The position numbers and the translations under genes were made by a program. The notes below the pieces were generated by a model, which was given only the letters and a program-made list of their open reading frames with translations, searched no databases and was not told the origin of the DNA. Shown here piece by piece: positions 23,232-30,312 of a stretch of DNA of 32,000 nucleotides. How positions within the stretch are numbered: the stretch's first letter is position 1; each line of letters starts with the position of its first letter. Origin of the DNA: Bifidobacterium longum subsp. longum JCM 1217 (GTDB taxonomy: Bacteria; Actinomycetota; Actinomycetes; Actinomycetales; Bifidobacteriaceae); the NCBI RefSeq assembly GCF_000196555.1, contig NC_015067.1, forward strand, positions 600,001 through 632,000, in the 5' to 3' direction.

Positions 23232-24224
23232 ATGAAGGCCGTATACGCATCCACCGTCAACCATGCCGATCCGCTTGCCGCGTTGGCAGTGGGCGAGCAG
23301 CCCGAACCCCAGGCCCGCCCGTTCTGGTCGACCGTTTCGGTGCGCGCGGTGACCGTAAACCATCACGACGTCTGGTCGCTACAGGGTGTGGGTCTCGCCG
23401 CCGAACAGACGCCGATGATCCTGGGCACCGATGCCGTGGGCATTCTGGACGAGGACATCCCCGGCAAGCATGGGCTCAAGGCCGGCAGCGAAGTGGTGCT
23501 GTACACGTTCGTCGGCACCGATGGCGCGGGCGTGGCCCCGGGCGAGCGCCGCACGATCCTCTCCGAGAAATATCCCGGCACGATGGCCGAGAAGACTTCC
23601 GTGCCGTCCGCCAACGTGTTCGCCAAGCCCGCAAGCCTCACCACGGCTGAGGCGGCCGCACTCGGCACCAGCTGGCTGACCGCCTACTCGCTGTTGTTCG
23701 ATGCCGCCGGCATCAAGCCGGGCGACTCCGTGCTCATTCAGGGCGCGGGCGGCGGCGTGTCCACTGCGGCCATCCAGCTCGCCCATGCCGCCGGTCTGGA
23801 GGTGTTCGTCACCTCGCGCGACGCGGACAAGCGCTCCAAGGCGCTGAAACTTGGCGCGAACGCCGCGCTGGAGATCGGTGCCCGCCTGCCGCGCAAGGTC
23901 GATGCGGTGATCGAGTCCGTGGGGGCGGCCACATGGGGCCATTCGGTGCGGTCGGTGCGTCCCGGCGGCACCATCGCCATCTGCGGCGCCACCACCGGCG
24001 ACCAGCCCGGTGCGGAGCTCACGCGACTGTTCTTCCAGGACATTCGCGTGCAGGGCTGCACCATGGGTTCGCGCGAGGATTTCGCCCGGCTGCTGCGCTT
24101 CGTGGAGCACGCCGACCTGCATCCGGCGATCGACTCCGTGGTCAGCGGGTTGGACGCCGCCCCCGAGGCGTTCGCCAGAATGATCGCCGGCGACATGTTC
24201 GGCAAGATCGTTATTGAGCTGTAA
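23232..24224 (+). CDS. Medium-chain dehydrogenase/reductase family oxidoreductase (quinone oxidoreductase/zinc-type ADH-like)
   Basis: MDR architecture with the nucleotide-binding motif VLIQGAGGGVSTAAIQLA. ATG 23232 is preceded by AAGGAG and gives 330 aa. The track start at 23160 is an extension. Confidence 0.83.
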   Translation: MKAVYASTVNHADPLAALAVGEQPEPQARPFWSTVSVRAVTVNHHDVWSLQGVGLAAEQTPMILGTDAVGILDEDIPGKHGLKAGSEVVLYTFVGTDGAGVAPGERRTILSEKYPGTMAEKTSVPSANVFAKPASLTTAEAAALGTSWLTAYSLLFDAAGIKPGDSVLIQGAGGGVSTAAIQLAHAAGLEVFVTSRDADKRSKALKLGANAALEIGARLPRKVDAVIESVGAATWGHSVRSVRPGGTIAICGATTGDQPGAELTRLFFQDIRVQGCTMGSREDFARLLRFVEHADLHPAIDSVVSGLDAAPEAFARMIAGDMFGKIVIEL

Positions 24225-24238
24225 GCCTCACAGAATTA

Positions 24239-24309
24239 TGTATTGAGAACGATTCGCTGCGTGGCTTAACTCCGCTATCAGGAGTACAGTGGGCCTTATT
24301 CTCAATAAC
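24239..24309. promoter_or_regulatory. Candidate promoter/operator of purE-purK-fur: inverted AT-rich repeats TGTATTGAGAA / TTCTCAATAA
   Basis: TGTATTGAGAAC lies at 24239-24250 and TATTCTCAATAAC at 24297-24309; these are 9-10 bp inverted arms. The 11-mer TTCTCAATACA (reverse complement of 24239-24249) recurs at 26837-26847 upstream of the metal-SBP gene. A possible -35 TTGAGC (24214-24219), 17-nt spacer and -10 TATGTA (24237-24242) are present. Confidence 0.3.
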
Positions 24310-24325
24310 TAGGGAGTAAATGATA

Positions 24326-24826
24326 ATGGCAAATGAATCCAAGCCCGAAGTCGCAGTGGTCATGGGATCGGCCAGCGACTGGGAGACCATGAAGCGTGCC
24401 TGCGATATTCTCGACCAGTTCGGTGTCGTCTACCACAAGCAGGTCATTTCCGCGCACCGCACGCCCGAGCTCATGGCCGAGTTCGCGCACAATGCCCGCG
24501 CCAATGGCCTGAAGGCCATTATCGCCGGTGCCGGCGGTGCCGCCCACCTGCCGGGCATGATCGCCGCGCAGACCACGCTGCCCGTAATCGGCGTGCCCGT
24601 GCGCTCCCACGCCCTGTCCGGCTGGGATTCGCTGCTGTCCATCGTGCAGATGCCTGGCGGCATCCCGGTGGCCACCACCGCCGTCGGCAACTCCGGTGCC
24701 ACCAACGCCGGCCTGCTCGCCGTGCAGATGCTCTCCGCCTTCGAGCCGGAACTGGCCGACAAGCTTGAGGATTACCGTAACGAACTGAAGGAAAAGGTGG
24801 CCGAATCCAATGCCCAGCTTGTCTGA
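24326..24826 (+). CDS. purE: N5-carboxyaminoimidazole ribonucleotide mutase
   Basis: Motifs [16 protein letters not shown] and [18 protein letters not shown] 24326 is 9 nt after GGAG. ATG 24320 is also in frame. Confidence 0.93.
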   Translation: MANESKPEVAVVMGSASDWETMKRACDILDQFGVVYHKQVISAHRTPELMAEFAHNARANGLKAIIAGAGGAAHLPGMIAAQTTLPVIGVPVRSHALSGWDSLLSIVQMPGGIPVATTAVGNSGATNAGLLAVQMLSAFEPELADKLEDYRNELKEKVAESNAQLV

Positions 24827-25988
24827 AGAAACGGGCGGCCGCGTCTCCATGCTGATGCCGGGCTCGACCATCGGCATCATCGGCGGCGGCCAGCTCGGCC
24901 GCATGATGGCTCTGTCCGCCCGCTACATGGGCTTCCGCGTCGGCGTGCTTGACCCAACGCCGAACTGCCCGACCGGTCAGGTGGCCGACTTCCAGATCAC
25001 CGCCGAGTACGATGACAAAACCGCCATCCATGATCTGGCCGTGCAGTCCGACGTGCTCACCTACGAGTTCGAGAACGTGGACGCCGGCGCCATCGACGAG
25101 GTGCGCGGCATCACCGCCACCCCGCAGGGCACCGACTTGCTGCGCGTGACCCAGCACCGCGTGCGCGAGAAGCAGTTCATCAACGACCACGGCACCGCCA
25201 CCGCACCGTGGCGCGCTGTCAACAACTTCGATGAGCTTGACGCCGCATTGGGTGATATTCATTATCCGGCCGTGCTGAAGACCGTGTCCGGCGGCTACGA
25301 CGGCCACGGTCAGCTCGTGCTGCGTTCCGACGCCGACTTGGAGAAGATCCGCTCCCGCTCCGACCGTGGTGGTGGCTTCCCGCCGAGCATCCTGGAAGGC
25401 TTCGTCGACTTCGCATTCGAGGCTTCGATTCTGGTCTCCGGCAACGGCAAGGACTTCGTCACCTTCCCGATTGTGCGTAACGAGCACCGCAACAACATCC
25501 TGCATATGACCATCGCCCCCGCCGAGGTGTCCGAACATGTGGCTCGCGAAGCGCATGAACTGGCGATTCGCCTGGCCAAGGGCTTCGAACTGGCTGGCAC
25601 GCTGGCCATCGAACTGTTCATCACCAAGGACGATCAGGTCATCGTCAACGAGCTCGCCCCGCGCCCGCACAACTCCGGCCACTACACCATCGAGGCCTGC
25701 TCGATGGACCAGTTCGACGCCCACATCCGCGGCATCGCCGGCTGGCCCCTGCCCAAGCCCAAGCTGCTCTCGCCGGCCGTGATGGTCAACGTACTTGGCC
25801 AGCATGTGGAACCGACGCGCGCGCTGATCGCCACCCACCCGGAGTGGAATGTGCACGACTACGGCAAGGCCGAAGTGCGCCACGACCGCAAGATGGGCCA
25901 CATCACCGTGCTCACCGACGACCCGGCCAAGACGGTCGCTGACCTTGAGGCCACCGGCTGCTGGGACGACCTGAAAAAGAAGGCGTGA
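24810..25988 (+). CDS. purK: N5-carboxyaminoimidazole ribonucleotide synthase
   Basis: ATP-grasp enzyme with [21 protein letters not shown] and [17 protein letters not shown] 24810 overlaps the purE end by 17 nt. ATG 24849/24855 are alternative non-overlapping starts. Confidence 0.92.
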   Translation: MPSLSEETGGRVSMLMPGSTIGIIGGGQLGRMMALSARYMGFRVGVLDPTPNCPTGQVADFQITAEYDDKTAIHDLAVQSDVLTYEFENVDAGAIDEVRGITATPQGTDLLRVTQHRVREKQFINDHGTATAPWRAVNNFDELDAALGDIHYPAVLKTVSGGYDGHGQLVLRSDADLEKIRSRSDRGGGFPPSILEGFVDFAFEASILVSGNGKDFVTFPIVRNEHRNNILHMTIAPAEVSEHVAREAHELAIRLAKGFELAGTLAIELFITKDDQVIVNELAPRPHNSGHYTIEACSMDQFDAHIRGIAGWPLPKPKLLSPAVMVNVLGQHVEPTRALIATHPEWNVHDYGKAEVRHDRKMGHITVLTDDPAKTVADLEATGCWDDLKKKA

Positions 25989-26425
25989 CCTTACCGATGG
26001 TTGAACATATCGAACGCCAGACCAAGCAGAAGGACGCGATTCGCGCCGCCTTGGCCGACTGCGAGGAGTTCATCTCCGCTCAGGACCTGCACCGCAGGCT
26101 GGAGGACGAAGGCTCGAAAATCGGCTTGGCCACCGTATACCGCCAGCTCAACGCCTTGGCCGATGCCGGTGCCGCCGACACGATCCGCCTGGACGGCCAG
26201 CAGCTGTTCCGCCTATGCGGCGACGACGGACATCACCACCACTTGGTGTGCAGGCGGTGCGGCAAAACCGTGGAAATCGACCCGCCCAGCGAGGCTTGGC
26301 TGCGCAAAGTGGCCGACGGTCACGGCTTCACCGTTGAATCCCACACCTTGGAGGTCTTCGGACTGTGCTCTGATTGCCAAAAGGAGCAGAAAGCGCAGAA
26401 GGCTCAGAAAGCAGTGAGCGAATAA
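25985..26425 (+). CDS. Fur-family metalloregulator (Zur-like by context)
   Basis: wHTH region (SAQDLHRRLEDEGSKIGLATVYRQLNALADAG), an HHHH cluster, and two CxxC pairs (CRRCG, CSDC). GTG 25985 overlaps the purK stop (GTGA); ATG 25997 is the alternative. It lies next to a ZnuA/TroA-type lipoprotein gene. Confidence 0.85.
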   Translation: MTLPMVEHIERQTKQKDAIRAALADCEEFISAQDLHRRLEDEGSKIGLATVYRQLNALADAGAADTIRLDGQQLFRLCGDDGHHHHLVCRRCGKTVEIDPPSEAWLRKVADGHGFTVESHTLEVFGLCSDCQKEQKAQKAQKAVSE

Positions 26426-26464
26426 CAAATGGGATCGGCTTCAAAGCCGATCCCATTTGTTATT
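26421..26464. terminator. Terminator hairpin after the Fur-family gene (20-bp perfect stem, 4-nt loop)
   Basis: AATAACAAATGGGATCGGCT (26421-26440), TCAA, AGCCGATCCCATTTGTTATT (26445-26464). The stem starts within the stop codon and the distal arm is T-rich. Confidence 0.65.
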
Positions 26465-26812
26465 CCGCTGCTATTCCACTGACTTCAGCGCGCCGAGCAT
26501 GCTGTTTCTTTGAGGTCGTGTTCTGCACGATGCCTTTCACGCCGTCCAGCTTCATGAGCTTGGCGCTGCGCGACTCCACATTGGAGGTCTCGTGGTTCTT
26601 GAGCCGCACCATATAGGCGTTCGACTGGTGCTGCTCGCCGAACACGTGCTTATAGCCACCCGAAGTCATGAACATGAAATGCCCGAAGTAGGGAAGCCGG
26701 CTTGTCACGCAGCTTGCGTTTGGCCGCTACCCAGGCCGGTACCACGGTGCTCGCCCAGGCCAGCAGGAACGCCGCCAGGGTGATGGCAGGGTGGAACGCC
26801 AGCATGACACGC
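26460..26812 (-). pseudogene. Possible remnant of an FtsX-type ABC permease gene (frameshifted/truncated)
   Basis: One minus-strand frame reads ...AFLLAWASTVVPAWVAAKRKLRDKPASLLRA, resembling the last TM and PAW..A....P...LR end of an FtsX domain, and then hits a stop. A second frame continues as ...GGYKHVFGEQHQSNAYMVRLKNHETSNVESRSAKLMKLDGVKGIVQ. There is no intact start or N-terminus, and the GC is lower than the surroundings. Confidence 0.3.
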
Positions 26813-26825
26813 CGATGTAAATGCA

Positions 26826-26857
26826 AATGATAATAATTCTCAATACATGTTATTCTG
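26826..26857. promoter_or_regulatory. Candidate Fur/Zur-type box and promoter of the metal-binding lipoprotein gene
   Basis: An AT-rich island, AATGATAATAATTCTCAATACATGTTATTCTG, sits in a GC-rich genome. It contains the GATAAT hexamer of Fur-type boxes and an imperfect palindrome GATAATAATTCTC (10 of 13 self-complementary). It lies 80-110 nt upstream of ATG 26937 and shares TTCTCAATACA with the purE upstream region. Confidence 0.35.
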
Positions 26858-26936
26858 TCGTGTTGGTGGCTGGGCGATGATGCAGCAACAGCAGCATCGC
26901 CCAGCCGTTCGGCTAATTAGAGAGGAAAACCCAATC

Positions 26937-27860
26937 ATGTCCATCATGTCCAACGCCAAGCGCGCGCTCGCCATCGCGGCCGCCGCGGCGACCCTGCTCT
27001 CGATGGCCGCCTGCGGTTCCAGCAACGCCGCCAGCGGCAAGTCCGATTCCAGCGGCGCCGCGTCTTCCGGCAAGATCGAGGTCGTCGCCTCCATCAACCA
27101 GTGGGGTTCCGTGGCCGAAGACCTCGGCGGCAGCAACGTCGAAGTCACCAACATCATGACCAAGACCAACGTCGAGGCGCACGATTACGAGCCCACCAGC
27201 CAGGATGTCGCCAAGTTCGGCACCGCCAAGGTAGCCGTAGTCAACGGCGCCGATTACGACCCGTGGGCCACCAAGGCCGCCCAGCCGACCAAGGCCACGC
27301 TGGTCACCGCCGCCGAAACCGCCGGCATCAAGGAAGGCGACAACCCGCACGTCTGGTTCTCCGCCAAGGTGCGTTCCAACACCGCCGACGCCATCACCGC
27401 CGCCTACCAGAAGGCCGACCCGAGCCACAAGGACGACTACGCCAAGCTCAACAAAGAATGGCACGCCAAGGAAGACCAGCTTGAGTCCAAGATCAAGGAG
27501 ACTTCCGCCAAGACCGAGGGCCTGCCGTACGCCGCCACCGAATCCGTGGCCTGGTACCTGGCCGACGACCTCAAGATGACCGACGCCACTCCGAAGGGCT
27601 ACGCCCAGGCCTCCGCCAACGAGAGCGAGCCGACCCCGGCCGACATCAAGGACTTCCAGGACACCCTGAAGGCCGGCTTCATCAAGATGTTCGTCTTCAA
27701 CAGCCAGGAAGCAAACTCCACTACTGACCAGATCACCGGTGCCGCCAAGGACGCCAACGTGCCGATCGTGGAGCTCGCCGAGCAGATGCCGAAGCAGTAC
27801 ACCAACCTGCTCGACTGGATGAGCGCACTGGTCGACCAGTTCGCCGCCGCCGTGAAGTAA
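26937..27860 (+). CDS. Metal (Zn/Mn-type) ABC transporter substrate-binding lipoprotein, ZnuA/TroA family
   Basis: Lipobox LLSMAACGS, with metal-ligand motifs EAHDYEPT and DNPHVWFS typical of cluster A-I SBPs. ATG 26937 follows AGAGAGGA. The track start at 26847 is an extension. Confidence 0.85.
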   Translation: MSIMSNAKRALAIAAAAATLLSMAACGSSNAASGKSDSSGAASSGKIEVVASINQWGSVAEDLGGSNVEVTNIMTKTNVEAHDYEPTSQDVAKFGTAKVAVVNGADYDPWATKAAQPTKATLVTAAETAGIKEGDNPHVWFSAKVRSNTADAITAAYQKADPSHKDDYAKLNKEWHAKEDQLESKIKETSAKTEGLPYAATESVAWYLADDLKMTDATPKGYAQASANESEPTPADIKDFQDTLKAGFIKMFVFNSQEANSTTDQITGAAKDANVPIVELAEQMPKQYTNLLDWMSALVDQFAAAVK

Positions 27861-27977
27861 TGCGGCAGTAGCCGTCAATCCGCAACAGCGATAAGGGGAA
27901 TAATCAAGTCAGATAGCGAGGCGTTGTCTAGGGGAGAACAGAACACTTCGCTATCAGGGATAGGCTCCTTATATATC

Positions 27978-28010
27978 AGGGTGCTTCGGGGATGTCCCGA
28001 GGCACCCTTT
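27978..28010 (+). terminator. Intrinsic terminator after the SBP gene
   Basis: AGGGTGCTTCGGG (27978-27990), loop GATGT, CCCGAGGCACCCT (27996-28008). This is a 13-bp stem with one G-U pair, followed by TTTGCGTT. Confidence 0.6.
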
Positions 28011-28120
28011 GCGTTAGGGTGAATAGTTAGGAAACGGTAAGAAAAATAGTGGAACTATGGATTTTCCAAGGTTCAGCGGCAACAATATGCCCTTGAAAAG
28101 TCACATACGGAAACAGGCGA

Positions 28121-30220
28121 ATGAGCGAGAACACTAGTAATACCACCACAGTGAAACCCCATTTCAAGCTTTGGGCCAAAAAGGTCGAAGCCAATGAAGT
28201 CACGCCCCAACACCCCCACAAGCCCTTCCCCGGCTGGGTGTATGGCGTGCTCTTCGTTATCTTCGACATCATTGTCGTGACGGCGCTCGAAGTGGGCGTT
28301 TCGTCCAGCTCCACCCGTGTGCAGCTGTCCAGTCCGACCGTCGGATTCGGCTTCGTGAGCAAGATGTGGACCGACGGCAATTTCGTATTCGTGCTCAACG
28401 TGATACTTGTCGCGTTGCTGTACCTCATGTTGCTGATGCTGTTCAACCGGTTCTGGACGGCAAGCATCGTGATTCTCGCGGTCGGAATCATCGTGGCCGC
28501 CATCGAACATTTCAAGGTCGAGATCCGTTACGAGGCCATTCTGCCCGCCGATCTAGGCTTCCTTGGCTCGAACACCGGCAACATGCTCACCTTCATTCCG
28601 GCCGGTGCGCATGTGACCATCCTCGTGGCACTCGGCGCGTTCGCCGTACTGCTCGCGCTGATTCTGGTGCTGCGTCATTTCGATGGGCGCAAAGGTCGCA
28701 TGATTCGTACGGATAACCTGAGCCTGAACCTCACCTCCCGTCTGATTCTTCTGCTGCTGCCGATTCTGGTGTTCGCGTTGTACTGCATTCATGTGAGCAC
28801 CACCGATTCGCTGGCCAACAAGTTCTCCCGCGCCTTGGGAGACACGCCATCCATGTGGGATTCCGTGTATGACGCGCAGCGCAATGGTCCGCTCGTGGCC
28901 TTCACCCGCCAGCTCAACCCGAAGATCATGGACAAGCCGAGCAACTACTCCGAGGAGACCATGAAGAAGGTCGCCGCTCGCTATCAGAAGGAAGCGGAGA
29001 CAATCAACGCCTCCCGCACCAACAACCTCACTGATTCGACAGTGGTGTACGTGTTGTCCGAATCCTTCTCTGACCCGAGCCGCGTGCCGGGACTGAAGAC
29101 CAATAAGGATTCGATGCCCAACATCCGCAAGATCAAGGCGGGCACCACCTCCGGCCTGATGCTCTCCTCCGGCTACGGCGGAGGTACGGCCAATCTCGAA
29201 TACATGGGACTTTCCGGCCTGAGCATGGCCAATTTCGAGTCCTCCCTGTCCAGCCCGTACCAGCAGCTGGTCCCGAGCCAGCATTGGACTCCCACCATCA
29301 ACCAGCTGTGGGGCGCGCCCGTCAACTCGCTCGGCTACCACCCGTACGAATCCAGCATGTACTCGCGTGCCACGAACTACAAGAAGTTCGGCTTCTCGCA
29401 CTTCTACACGTTGACCGGTCCGGACGTGATCAAGTATCAGGACAAGATCGACGAGTCGCCGTACGTCTCTGATAAGTCTTCCTATGATTCTGCGTTGGAA
29501 GGCATCAAGTCCGGCAAGACGAACAAGTTCATTCAGATCATTACCATGCAGAATCACATGCCCTACCACGAGTGGTATGAGAATAACGACTACACCGCCG
29601 AATCCACCACGGGTACGCCGCTGGGTGATGATGAACAGCAGTCGATTGAGACCTATCAAAAGGGTGTGGAGATTACCGATCAGGCCACTCAGGAGTTCCT
29701 GAACGAACTGGATGCGCTGGATAAGCCCGTCACCGTAGTGTTCTACGGCGATCACTTGCCGGGCATCTACTCGTCCGCCAGCGAGGATGACAACAACTCC
29801 TTGGCCCTGCACCTGACCGATTACTTCATCTGGTCGAATAAGGCTTCCAGCTCCCAAGGCAATAAGGCAAGCGATGCAGCCTACTCTTCGCCGAACTTCT
29901 TCGTGGCACAGGCCGCCGATCACATGAACGCCAAGGTCAGCCCGTATCTGGCGTTCCTGACCGAAATGCATTCCAAGATTGCCGCTATGGAACCGCCTGT
30001 GGTCAACAAGGTCCAAGGCTGGGATCGTATTCCCGAAGGCCAGAACATCTATCTCGACCAAAACGGCAACCCGATGTCCACCGATGACTTCGACAAGGAA
30101 ACCAAGCAGTTGCTTGCCGACTACAAGCTCATCCAATACGACATCACCGCCGGCAAAAACTACCTCAAAGACACAGATTTTATGACGCTGCCTACAGACA
30201 GCCTAGTAGGCTGTCTGTAG
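28121..30220 (+). CDS. LTA synthase (LtaS)/sulfatase-family membrane protein (alkaline-phosphatase superfamily)
   Basis: The N-terminal roughly 200 aa carry about 5 TM helices. These are followed by an extracytoplasmic sulfatase-like domain (VVYVLSESFSDPSRVPG, MQNHMPYH, VVFYGDHLPG). 699 aa. Confidence 0.85.
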   Translation: MSENTSNTTTVKPHFKLWAKKVEANEVTPQHPHKPFPGWVYGVLFVIFDIIVVTALEVGVSSSSTRVQLSSPTVGFGFVSKMWTDGNFVFVLNVILVALLYLMLLMLFNRFWTASIVILAVGIIVAAIEHFKVEIRYEAILPADLGFLGSNTGNMLTFIPAGAHVTILVALGAFAVLLALILVLRHFDGRKGRMIRTDNLSLNLTSRLILLLLPILVFALYCIHVSTTDSLANKFSRALGDTPSMWDSVYDAQRNGPLVAFTRQLNPKIMDKPSNYSEETMKKVAARYQKEAETINASRTNNLTDSTVVYVLSESFSDPSRVPGLKTNKDSMPNIRKIKAGTTSGLMLSSGYGGGTANLEYMGLSGLSMANFESSLSSPYQQLVPSQHWTPTINQLWGAPVNSLGYHPYESSMYSRATNYKKFGFSHFYTLTGPDVIKYQDKIDESPYVSDKSSYDSALEGIKSGKTNKFIQIITMQNHMPYHEWYENNDYTAESTTGTPLGDDEQQSIETYQKGVEITDQATQEFLNELDALDKPVTVVFYGDHLPGIYSSASEDDNNSLALHLTDYFIWSNKASSSQGNKASDAAYSSPNFFVAQAADHMNAKVSPYLAFLTEMHSKIAAMEPPVVNKVQGWDRIPEGQNIYLDQNGNPMSTDDFDKETKQLLADYKLIQYDITAGKNYLKDTDFMTLPTDSLVGCL

Positions 30221-30226
30221 GCAGCG
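30186..30226. repeat. 41-nt perfect palindrome spanning the last 11 codons and stop of the LtaS-like gene (terminator-like)
   Basis: CGCTGCCTACAGACAGCCTA-G-TAGGCTGTCTGTAGGCAGCG: arms 30186-30205 and 30207-30226 are exact reverse complements. The stop TAG at 30218-30220 lies inside the distal arm. Confidence 0.7.
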
Positions 30227-30312
30227 TGCGAGCCGACAGACGAGCCAGCAAGGCGCGGGGCGTAGCCCGTCCAAAATTGCAGTAGCGCTGCCGTAAAGCA
30301 GGGGGTGCTTTC

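Noticed and set aside
24225-24325. Purine/ZTP-type riboswitch upstream of purE
   Set aside because: The spacer is only about 100 nt and lacks the conserved cores I recall for ZTP (pfl) or purine riboswitches. No terminator or antiterminator alternative is visible.
24519-25901. 460-aa minus-strand ORF opposite purE/purK
   Set aside because: Shadow ORF antisense to two canonical purine genes.
26913-30136. Long minus-strand ORFs (26913-27878 and 28553-30136) opposite the SBP and LtaS-like genes
   Set aside because: Both are antisense to well-supported genes and have Gly/Val/Arg/His-rich shadow composition.
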